Source of the DNA: a virus
Virus record (IMG/VR): IMGVR_UViG_3300045988_032064
Coordinates: 1-41,325 of that record
Reading direction: 5' to 3' (one strand)
Length of the DNA stretch: 41,325 bases
The notes under the pieces are model-generated. The model was not told the origin of the DNA. It searched no databases and was given only the letters and a program-made list of their open reading frames with translations. Below are positions 17,236-24,427 of the stretch, piece by piece (within the stretch, counting starts at the first letter, position 1; each line of letters begins with the position of its first letter). Position numbers and translations under genes: made by a program.

Positions 17236-17562
17236 ATGCTTACAGAGCGGGATTTGCTGGAAACCATAGAAGAGTGCAAAGCGGTACGGCGGCCCACGGC
17301 CTCCACTTGCCAGCTGATGGCCTCTTGCTATACCATCCTGGATCATCTATTCCCGGATGCTCCCCGCTCTGCCGATCCTGCCCCTGTACAAATGTATTCC
17401 ATGTCCCCACAACCGGTAGACACCGGCGGAAGCGAGTTTGTCCAGACGGCCAGAAAAGCCGGGATTTCCCGGCTTCTGGACGTGCTGGATGAACACATGG
17501 ATTGCATCCAGGCAATGTACCCCAAAGAGTATGCCGCTATCCTGCGGCGGCTGAGAGAATAA
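17236..17562 (+). CDS. Hypothetical protein
   Basis: SD ggagga, 108 aa. Last gene before the terminator. Confidence 0.65.
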   Translation: MLTERDLLETIEECKAVRRPTASTCQLMASCYTILDHLFPDAPRSADPAPVQMYSMSPQPVDTGGSEFVQTARKAGISRLLDVLDEHMDCIQAMYPKEYAAILRRLRE

Positions 17563-17577
17563 AGTATACTTGCAATA

Positions 17578-17614
17578 TTCCCCGGGAAAGATTCGTTTCC
17601 CGGGGAATTATTTG
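17578..17614 (+). terminator. Rho-independent terminator
   Basis: Perfect 12-bp stem ttccccgggaaa/tttcccggggaa with a 6-nt loop, then ttatttg. Confidence 0.8.
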
Positions 17615-17635
17615 TAAAGATTTGCGATTTACCTA

Positions 17636-17664
17636 TTGACAATCCACCCAATGAGTGGTATAAT
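17636..17664 (+). promoter_or_regulatory. Consensus sigma-70-type promoter
   Basis: TTGACA, 17-nt spacer, TATAAT, preceded by TGg (extended -10). Confidence 0.7.
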
Positions 17665-17713
17665 GAAGACACTTAAGGGAGACATCCCAATAAACAAAAA
17701 GGAGATCATAAAA

Positions 17714-17902
17714 ATGTACGCAGAATATCGTAGTAAATACGGGAAAATCGTCAAGCAGTGCCCAGGGCTTAATGAGTATTGGTACAAGGGAAAGCTCATT
17801 GCAGCAGGCAGCTCCATTTCCACCCCAAACCCGGATACTCCGCCAACAACGGAAGATTGGGCCTTTTGCGTTGCTCTCCGTGAACGCTCCTCAGAAGAAT
17901 AA
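17714..17902 (+). CDS. Hypothetical 62-aa protein
   Basis: SD aaggag. ATG 17714 lies downstream of the promoter. Confidence 0.55.
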   Translation: MYAEYRSKYGKIVKQCPGLNEYWYKGKLIAAGSSISTPNPDTPPTTEDWAFCVALRERSSEE

Positions 17903-17946
17903 CCACATTCCCCGCCCCGGAGGCACGAGGGCAGAAAGGCATAAGC

Positions 17947-18240
17947 ATGGAAAACGTTATCATCGCATCATTTGACTCTTTCAACCAGCGCCGCTACTCC
18001 GCCCCATGGATTGCCAAGTTTGCAGCCGGAAAGTATGATTTTAAAACCCATGTTGGAATGTACACCGGCAACAGCAGAGACGGCGAAGCCGGTGACCTTG
18101 TGGTCTTCTCCCCTGAAGAAGGCCAGATTTACGCCTATGGGCAGAAGGACTACCGAGGAAATAACACAAAGCTTTGCTTTGCGATCTGGCAGAACGGTGG
18201 GTTCACCCCCTGCGATAAGCTGGGGCGGCCTAAAGAGTGA
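17947..18240 (+). CDS. Hypothetical protein
   Basis: SD gaaagg, 97 aa. Confidence 0.6.
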   Translation: MENVIIASFDSFNQRRYSAPWIAKFAAGKYDFKTHVGMYTGNSRDGEAGDLVVFSPEEGQIYAYGQKDYRGNNTKLCFAIWQNGGFTPCDKLGRPKE

Positions 18241-18246
18241 GAAAAA

Positions 18247-18266
18247 GCCCGCCGAAACCGGCGGGC
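18247..18266. other. GC-rich hairpin (possible terminator)
   Basis: gcccgccg-aaac-cggcgggc. The A-run is upstream, so the U-tract is only on the - strand reading. Confidence 0.4.
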
Positions 18267-18399
18267 CTCTCCTGGAGCATCAACTCTCGCTGATTCATCC
18301 ATTTGCTTTTAAGCATTTATTTTTCAATCCACTCCCGTTTCTGGGAGACACCTGCAGTTTATCACGGCGAACGCCGAAAGTCAATAGGAGGAATTTTTT

Positions 18400-18729
18400 A
18401 TGAAAGCTATGGTAGCCATCGTAAGCAGTGGTTTCGGCAATGTCCCCAACAAAACCTTGATTTATCGCCCAGAAGATTCTGAGAATGTTGAGTTCCAGTT
18501 CCTGGATCTTGTGTGGGATGCCCTTGAGGTGGAATTCCCAGATTCGTTCCAGTTTTTAGAGTGTATGGATGGAGAGTATCGTCTTTTCGACGGTCGTGGG
18601 GAATTACTTGAGGCTTTTAACTATCCAGGGGAGTCGATCATTTCCTTTGTTGCCAAATATAGCGATCGAGATGTGCGGATAACCGATGGAAAAGGCGTGT
18701 TCGGGTCGGACAGAGGCTTTACAAAATGA
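18400..18729 (+). CDS. Hypothetical protein
   Basis: SD aggagg, 109 aa. Confidence 0.65.
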   Translation: MKAMVAIVSSGFGNVPNKTLIYRPEDSENVEFQFLDLVWDALEVEFPDSFQFLECMDGEYRLFDGRGELLEAFNYPGESIISFVAKYSDRDVRITDGKGVFGSDRGFTK

Positions 18730-19043
18730 TGGACGCCACCTTTACCGCCGTCCTCCGCCTATGGGAACAGGATCTATCCCAAAAAGAGATAGCCCGCCGC
18801 CTGAATCTCTCTGAGCAAAAGGTCCGCCGGATACTTGTAACCGCCGGGGCTATCCAGACGGAGGAATCCAGGCTCCACTCCCAGGGGCAAACCGTCGAGG
18901 AAATTGCCGCCGCACTTGGTAAAACTGTTAAGGCTGTGCAAGCCCGCATCCCCTACGATAAGGGCATGTACAACGCCGAGTACCCCACCATCAACGCCCT
19001 GCGCATCCGCAAAACCCGTAAAAAGAAAGGAAGCAAAAAATGA
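18726..19043 (+). CDS. HTH DNA-binding protein
   Basis: ATGA overlap. LSQKEIARRLNLSEQKVRRIL and a second unit TVEEIAAALGKTVKAVQARI. Confidence 0.6.
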   Translation: MMDATFTAVLRLWEQDLSQKEIARRLNLSEQKVRRILVTAGAIQTEESRLHSQGQTVEEIAAALGKTVKAVQARIPYDKGMYNAEYPTINALRIRKTRKKKGSKK

Positions 19044-19342
19044 CAAGAGAATACTTTTCACAGCTGATTGCCGAACTAGAAACCATCAGCGACCTGCCTG
19101 CATACTACGCAGAGACCGGCGGTTTCCGTTGCAGCGTAGATCGTCGGAACGCCTACACCGCATTCACACGCCCCTTCCGGGAGATCGTAAACTACACTGG
19201 CTTGAGCCAAGCCAAGTTCGCAAGACTCTACAACATCCCACGTCGCACCGTGGAAAACTGGTGCAGTGGCTCCAGAGAGTGCCCGCTGTACACCAGCCTC
19301 CTCTTACAAGAAGCTATTGGGCTGATTTCTTTTAGCAACTGA
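19040..19342 (+). CDS. HTH (XRE-like) protein
   Basis: ATGA overlap. GLSQAKFARLYNIPRRTVENWCSGSRECP. Confidence 0.6.
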   Translation: MTREYFSQLIAELETISDLPAYYAETGGFRCSVDRRNAYTAFTRPFREIVNYTGLSQAKFARLYNIPRRTVENWCSGSRECPLYTSLLLQEAIGLISFSN

Positions 19343-19346
19343 TTAC

Positions 19347-19371
19347 GCCAGCCCTCAAAAGGCTGGCTTTT
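19347..19371 (+). terminator. Rho-independent terminator
   Basis: gccagcc-ctcaaaa-ggctggc followed by tttt. Confidence 0.7.
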
Positions 19372-19499
19372 CCATTGCCAATAGCGTTGCCAAAACTGCC
19401 CGGAACAAATTCCCGTGCGCAGAAATTTATTCCGGTCAATGGAAATATTTTCCGCTATAATTATGCTCAATCACCGTAAAATTATGAATAAAGCAAAAC

Positions 19500-19537
19500 A
19501 AAAGGCCCGCTTAATCTGATAAGTGGGCCTTTTGTTA
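19500..19537 (-). terminator. Terminator hairpin abutting the tRNA-like 3' end
   Basis: 13-bp stem aaaaggcccgctt/aagtgggcctttt. A- and T-runs flank both sides, so it could act bidirectionally. Confidence 0.6.
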
Positions 19538-19565
19538 TGGCGGAGAGAGTGGGATTCGAACCCAC
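19538..19565 (-). other. tRNA 3'-end fragment (T-arm + acceptor + CCA); probable attP core
   Basis: The reverse complement gtgggttcgaatcccactctctccgcca has a T-loop TTCGAAT, a 5-bp T-stem, a 7-nt acceptor strand and G-CCA. It sits directly 3' of the integrase gene. Confidence 0.6.
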
Positions 19566-19603
19566 ACTACAAATGTGTTAAAGACGCATTGCGCTAGAGC
19601 TTT

Positions 19604-20710
19604 TTATTTTTCGTTTCCATTTGCGTTGCCAATTTGGCGGTTTTTAATGGCCTCTGGGGCAAAATAGTCAGTGAATTCACGGGAACGTTTGGCGATATCC
19701 TGTTCCGCCAAATGGGTATATATTTTGTGCATAGTCCCCAAATCTTTCCACCCGCCGATCTCCGCCGCCATCATCTCCGGGATGCCCATATGGTAGGCCA
19801 GCGAGGCGAAGCTATGGCGCAGACCGTGCATACCGACTTCCGGAAGGCTGTTTTCTTGGCATATCTTGTTGATGTGCTTAAACAGTGTACACGTGGCGGC
19901 GTTGACAACAAATTCTGAATCCTTTGGGGCCGCCATAAGTGCATCGTAAAGGGGCGGGATCATAGGCACCGGGCGGCGGGATTTTTTGGTTTTGTTCTGC
20001 GGCTTTAGCTTCAGCCCGTCCTCCCCTCTCACTTTAGCGCCACGAACATAGATTGCACGGTTTGCAAAGTCCACATTTTTCCAGGTGAGGCCCAGCATTT
20101 CAGAGCGGCGGAGGCTGGACAGGCACAGGAGCGCCGGTATCTCAATGGGCTGGCCCTTTACGGCCTCTACAAAGATATCAATCTGTTCCGGCTCCAGGAA
20201 GGGACGCTCATTCTCTTCCTTCTCGAAAAGCACCACTTCCGGTTGCCTGCCTGTTTCTTTTTTGATAGCCGCCGACATGAGGCCCCAGGCGTTCTTGATG
20301 TACTTAGAGGAACGGCCCAGCTTCTTTTCCTCGTCAATGGCTTGCTGCCAACGTTGATCTGGTGTCGTGTACACGTTGTATCGCATAGCAGATTGAAATG
20401 TGTTATTTCGATAGCGGATATAGCCGTATACCGTGGATGGAGACCGCCTCCCACGGCGCACCAGGTCCCTGGTGCTGTCGATGTAAGCGTCCACCGCCTC
20501 CCCCAGTGTCACCCGGTTCTGCCCTCCCTGGCTCTTGGATTCCATCACGCCGCTTTTCACGGCCAGGTACTCTGCCACGCATTCTTCGGAGCTATCCTTT
20601 GTGATGGACACCCGGCGGCCATCCACCAGTACCCTGGTGTGCCACGCCCCGGAAGGAAGCTGCTCAATCTTGGGCAGGCGGATATCCGGTGCTTTCTTTT
20701 TTCTTCCCAT
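19604..20710 (-). CDS. int: Tyrosine integrase
   Basis: 368 aa. LSSLRRSE, HGLRHSFAS and IYTHL form the catalytic R...HxxR...Y pattern. Adjacent to the tRNA fragment. Confidence 0.9.
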   Translation of the reverse strand: MGRKKKAPDIRLPKIEQLPSGAWHTRVLVDGRRVSITKDSSEECVAEYLAVKSGVMESKSQGGQNRVTLGEAVDAYIDSTRDLVRRGRRSPSTVYGYIRYRNNTFQSAMRYNVYTTPDQRWQQAIDEEKKLGRSSKYIKNAWGLMSAAIKKETGRQPEVVLFEKEENERPFLEPEQIDIFVEAVKGQPIEIPALLCLSSLRRSEMLGLTWKNVDFANRAIYVRGAKVRGEDGLKLKPQNKTKKSRRPVPMIPPLYDALMAAPKDSEFVVNAATCTLFKHINKICQENSLPEVGMHGLRHSFASLAYHMGIPEMMAAEIGGWKDLGTMHKIYTHLAEQDIAKRSREFTDYFAPEAIKNRQIGNANGNEK

Positions 20711-20715
20711 TTTCG

Positions 20716-21429
20716 CTACCTCTTCGTCTGATTATACCAACGGTTAACCGTAATGTACAGGAGCACCACCAGCAGCACCACAACGCAGATAGCACCCAGC
20801 CAGATAATGGCGGAGATTTTCCCCCCTGCCCGTATCAACCCCTGCTCCGGATTACGGGCATCCAGGACAACGTAAATGGCCCAGACGAGGGTAAACAGTA
20901 TGCACAAGCCGCATAGACCAAAAATAAGTGGCCGATCCGCCTTGCGCACCGCTTTGATATCCGCATCCTTTTGGGCTATGATCTTATCCTTTTGCACGAT
21001 CTGGGTATTTCGGAGAGCGACTCCCTCTTCCTGGATGCGGCTCCTATCCAGCAGCCGGTTTATCGCATGATCCTTTTCTTCCAGCAGCTCCTCTTTGTGG
21101 GCCAGCTCCAAGCGCAAGCGTTCCAATTCTGCGGTTTGGTCCTTTTGCGGCGGAGCCAACTCCATGAGCTCGTCTAAGGACAGGCCAAGGTCAATGGCCA
21201 TGGCTGTAACATCATAGATGCTTGGACCGGATAGATGCCCTGAGAAAAATTTTTTCACAGTGGATTCGCTCAGGCCGGTGCTGTCAATGATTTGCTGATT
21301 GGTTTTATGCTGTTCTTCTTTGGCCTTTTTCATTTTTGCTGGCAGATTGTCGCAAATTGTCGAAATTTGTTGTATTATCTTAATTTCTTCCATAGTTTTT
21401 ATTGTGAAGTCCTTGTGTTTCCGAGACAA
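20716..21429 (-). CDS. Membrane-anchored XRE-type HTH protein
   Basis: HTH QQIIDSTGLSESTVKKFFSG, then a coiled coil, then two C-terminal hydrophobic segments. The start is uncertain (TTG 21429 or ATG 21393). Confidence 0.65.
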   Translation of the reverse strand: MSRKHKDFTIKTMEEIKIIQQISTICDNLPAKMKKAKEEQHKTNQQIIDSTGLSESTVKKFFSGHLSGPSIYDVTAMAIDLGLSLDELMELAPPQKDQTAELERLRLELAHKEELLEEKDHAINRLLDRSRIQEEGVALRNTQIVQKDKIIAQKDADIKAVRKADRPLIFGLCGLCILFTLVWAIYVVLDARNPEQGLIRAGGKISAIIWLGAICVVVLLVVLLYITVNRWYNQTKR

Positions 21430-21587
21430 AACATGATATTACTCTCATAGTGTTTATATTACTAAATTACACCTTTACGGATACGCAATGGCTGAGTACC
21501 ATAAAGGTGCTTACCGGCAAGGGACGGAAATTGATCCGGTGGCAGCCCGGCCCCTCGGTGGCACTGGGGGCCGGGCGTATAATAAAG

Positions 21588-21836
21588 TTATGCTTTCCAA
21601 TGGTAGCCGCAGCTCTGGCAGACACACATGGAGCGGTGTTTAATCTTTGTTTTGTATTTCTTGGGTGCAAAAATTTTGACGATCAGCGCAGGGATAGTGA
21701 AGATGAGCCATTTGATGGGCCACCACCAAAAACCGATAAACAACCACCAGAAAACACCATGATGTTTTATCTTCAAGTTGGTTTCCGTGACCATCTGAAC
21801 CGTGACATTTTCGCTTCCGCACTTGGGACATCTCAT
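21588..21836 (-). CDS. Zn-ribbon membrane protein
   Basis: CPKCG...CQSCG flank a Trp-rich hydrophobic core VFWWLFIGFWWWPIKWLIFTIPALIV. Confidence 0.6.
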   Translation of the reverse strand: MRCPKCGSENVTVQMVTETNLKIKHHGVFWWLFIGFWWWPIKWLIFTIPALIVKIFAPKKYKTKIKHRSMCVCQSCGYHWKA

Positions 21837-22014
21837 TTTCTGTTCCTTCTTTCCAATATGTCCATTTTAACGGACATATCTTGTAATATAAAATAATCAA
21901 ATAGAACATTTGCTCTAAAATTCAAAATGTTGCTATAATCGAAAGTTTGTGCTATGCTTGATGTGTTGTGGAATTTGGCGTAACAGATTTTATCTTTATC
22001 GTCTACTTAGTTAT

Positions 22015-23550
22015 TCAATCATCTTCCTCATCCATACCGTCCTCCGGATTTTCGGATACCACGGTGATAGACTGACTTTGCCGGTATTGCTCTGCAACCA
22101 TTGTCCGCCGGAATTCTGCGGTAGGCTCTAGTTCCGTTACCAGCTGCTCCAACTCATCAATGGAAATGCGGAAGAATTCTTTCCGAAGATTTACCTTATT
22201 GACACGGCGATTATTGAGTATTTTATGAATCTTGTTTTCAAGCCCGACGGCATCATCCGAGAATATGAAGCTATGAACATCAAATGGGAACGGAACGCTT
22301 GCGCTACCCAATTCATCCACACGATCCTGCGGCTCCGCACGGCGTGTCATTCCAATTTTGAACACATCATCACCGAATGCTCCCAAGTTGCTGATTACAT
22401 ACACATTGCCGGCCTTACCATTCTGCAATGTGATGATTTGTTCCTTCTTTTCCTCCACCTGTGCCTTCTGAGCTTGAAGCTCTTTCAATCTGGCTTCCAG
22501 CTGTGTAATCTTTTCCACATCAGAGGTGGCGTGTAATTGCTCCTGCACCTGATTGATCTGATCGGTGTACTTAGCTTCTTCCTTCTCTACCTTCTTACGC
22601 TCTGCCTCCAAAGCCCTGCGTTCTTCTGCTTCCTGACGCATCTGTTCTCGGATTGCCCGCTGCTCTTCTTTGGCCCGTTCCTTTTGAACATAATACTCAT
22701 ATTCGATATGGATAGATTGCCCAAAAAGATATTCCAACTCACCGATAAATTTACGCATGGTGGGCGCAATGCTCTGGTTTCCATCAGCGGCAATCAAATA
22801 GAATTTCTGCATAAACTCTTTCATCTGATCCACAGACTTTTCCAGATTTCCAAATTTCAGATTAGCAAGGACATTCTGCAATTCTGAAATTGCGGCTATG
22901 GTAGTGAGTGCGTAGATTGCGGAGTTGGCCTTGGTGGTGTAGCGTGCCTTGTACTTATCAAGAACTTCCAGTATCAGCTTTTCGTTTTCTTTGTACCGCT
23001 TGCGAAGGTCCCGCATACCAAGGCATTGCAATTCAACCTTTACGGAAGGAGACAGTAAATCGTCCAATTCCGACAGCAGTCTAGAGATTTCTTCCGGAGA
23101 CTCTGGATAATCCGTAGCAGACATATCAATGGCATTTTGAACGGAAGAAAGCAGCTCCTTGAATTTGCGAATTTTCTTATCTACTGACGCAACACTCTTT
23201 TCAGACTTCCGTTCTGCTTCCATTGCAATCAGCTGCCTTGATTCCGCTGCTGTTGCCTGGGAAAGATTTTCTTGCAAAATCCTCTTTGATTCTGCAATTT
23301 TATCGGCCATTTCTTTTTCCGCTTGTTTGACACCGTCTTGTCTGGCTTCTTCGGCTAACTTTTTGTATGTCGCTTCACTATCGGAGAGCTCTTCAGAAAC
23401 CCTATCCAGTTCGCCTTGAAGAATATCTTTCTTTTCCGAAAGTGCTTTTATTTCCTCTTCCACTTTGGTAGTGGCTACACAGTTACTACACAATCCATTT
23501 TCAAGTTTCAAGAAAAAGCCTTTTCGACCACACCTGCTACACTTTGGCAT
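22015..23550 (-). CDS. Zn-ribbon / long coiled-coil / T5orf172 (GIY-YIG-like) protein, DUF4041-type architecture
   Basis: N-terminal CSRCG...CSNC, about 330 aa of coiled coil, and a C-terminal GNVYVISN...FKIGMTRR...RVDELGSASVPFPFDVH. ATG 23550 is preferred over GTG 23559 because of SD spacing. Confidence 0.75.
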   Translation of the reverse strand: MPKCSRCGRKGFFLKLENGLCSNCVATTKVEEEIKALSEKKDILQGELDRVSEELSDSEATYKKLAEEARQDGVKQAEKEMADKIAESKRILQENLSQATAAESRQLIAMEAERKSEKSVASVDKKIRKFKELLSSVQNAIDMSATDYPESPEEISRLLSELDDLLSPSVKVELQCLGMRDLRKRYKENEKLILEVLDKYKARYTTKANSAIYALTTIAAISELQNVLANLKFGNLEKSVDQMKEFMQKFYLIAADGNQSIAPTMRKFIGELEYLFGQSIHIEYEYYVQKERAKEEQRAIREQMRQEAEERRALEAERKKVEKEEAKYTDQINQVQEQLHATSDVEKITQLEARLKELQAQKAQVEEKKEQIITLQNGKAGNVYVISNLGAFGDDVFKIGMTRRAEPQDRVDELGSASVPFPFDVHSFIFSDDAVGLENKIHKILNNRRVNKVNLRKEFFRISIDELEQLVTELEPTAEFRRTMVAEQYRQSQSITVVSENPEDGMDEEDD

Positions 23551-23665
23551 TGGCAACACATCCCTAATCTATAAATTTATTTGCGAAAGGAAGAAAACGC
23601 TATGACAACCGAACAAATTGCGGCCATCTACATGGATTTACCGGAGGAAAAACAGGAAAAATTTG

Positions 23666-24013
23666 TCACTTTTCTGAATCAGCTTCTTTCCGAAGCGCAA
23701 GCAGATAAGCAACCGCTTCCTTTCGCTGCTGATCCGGCAAACTGTTAGCCAGCTCCGCAATATACATAGCCTCTACGTTCGTTCCGGGCGTAGGGGCTTT
23801 TTTTGCGCCTCTATCATCAGTATCACCAATCAAATATGGGATAGAAACACCAAAATAGTCAGCAAGTTTTTTTAACGTGTCACCATCCGGAAGATTGTCG
23901 TGCGTCTCCCAGTATCGTTTCTGGTTGATTCCAATTTGCAAATCTCCGCTAACCATCTTCCACTTAACCCCTTTTTCTTTCATGAGATCAAGTAGACGTT
24001 CTGAAAAATTCAT
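23666..24013 (-). CDS. CI-like XRE repressor
   Basis: ATG 24013 lies 8 nt after aggagg. HTH region LKKLADYFGVSIPYLIG. Divergent from the early operon. Confidence 0.75.
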   Translation of the reverse strand: MNFSERLLDLMKEKGVKWKMVSGDLQIGINQKRYWETHDNLPDGDTLKKLADYFGVSIPYLIGDTDDRGAKKAPTPGTNVEAMYIAELANSLPDQQRKEAVAYLLALRKEADSEK

Positions 24014-24047
24014 TGGACTCACCTCCTGAAATTTTTCACGAAAATAG

Positions 24048-24076
24048 TGATTTAGTGCTTGACAATCACTAAATTA
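24048..24076. promoter_or_regulatory. Operator-like inverted repeat over the -35 box
   Basis: tgatttagtg-N9-cactaaatta (9 of 10 bases complementary). A TAGTG motif occurs three times in 24045-24079. Confidence 0.45.
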
Positions 24077-24087
24077 GTGTGTATAAT
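24059..24087 (+). promoter_or_regulatory. Early rightward promoter
   Basis: TTGACA, 17-nt spacer, TATAAT (exact consensus). Confidence 0.7.
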
Positions 24088-24173
24088 ATGACCATAGTAA
24101 TAAACCACCTACAATATAGCACATACACAACAAAAATTCAAGGAATAAGACAACATTTTAGGAGGATCACACT

Positions 24174-24359
24174 ATGAAGCGTTTTGAGATCTGGGCAGAG
24201 TTCCCCGATGGCTGCGAAGCCAAGATTGAAAGCTGGAAGAGCCTGAAACAGGCCAGCAATGCGGTGGACGCAATGAACGCCGCCAACCGGAACGATACGG
24301 CTTGCGGATACGGATTCCCCCACGGAGTTCCCGCCTACACCATCCGGGTAAACCAGTAA
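24174..24359 (+). CDS. Hypothetical 61-aa early protein
   Basis: SD taggagg. First gene after the early promoter. Confidence 0.6.
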   Translation: MKRFEIWAEFPDGCEAKIESWKSLKQASNAVDAMNAANRNDTACGYGFPHGVPAYTIRVNQ

Positions 24360-24427
24360 CACAACGGGCGGGGCAACCCGCCCGATACAGAAATCACCCA
24401 ATGAACCATTTTGAAAGGAGCTTTTAT

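Noticed and set aside
18247-18266. Intrinsic terminator for the + strand gene 17947..18240
   Set aside because: The 8-bp GC stem is clear. The U-tract is on the wrong side for + strand termination, because the A-run is upstream. It is kept only as a hairpin of uncertain function.
17972-18403. 143-aa alternative-frame ORF overlapping 17947..18240 and the following intergenic hairpin
   Set aside because: It has no SD site, a P/S/T/L-rich translation, and it runs through the hairpin and the intergenic region. The 97-aa frame with an SD site is preferred.
19538-19603. Complete - strand tRNA gene next to the integrase
   Set aside because: Only the T-arm, acceptor and CCA are tRNA-like. The would-be anticodon stem has a C-A mismatch and a non-canonical loop, and there is no D-arm or 5' acceptor strand. 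It is interpreted as the attP core fragment.
21910-21939. + strand promoter-like TTGCTC-18-TATAAT (with TGc) that would give an RNA antisense to the T5orf172-like gene
   Set aside because: The region is AT-rich, so such matches are common. The -35 box and spacing are imperfect and nothing recognisable lies downstream. The evidence is too weak to report as a feature.
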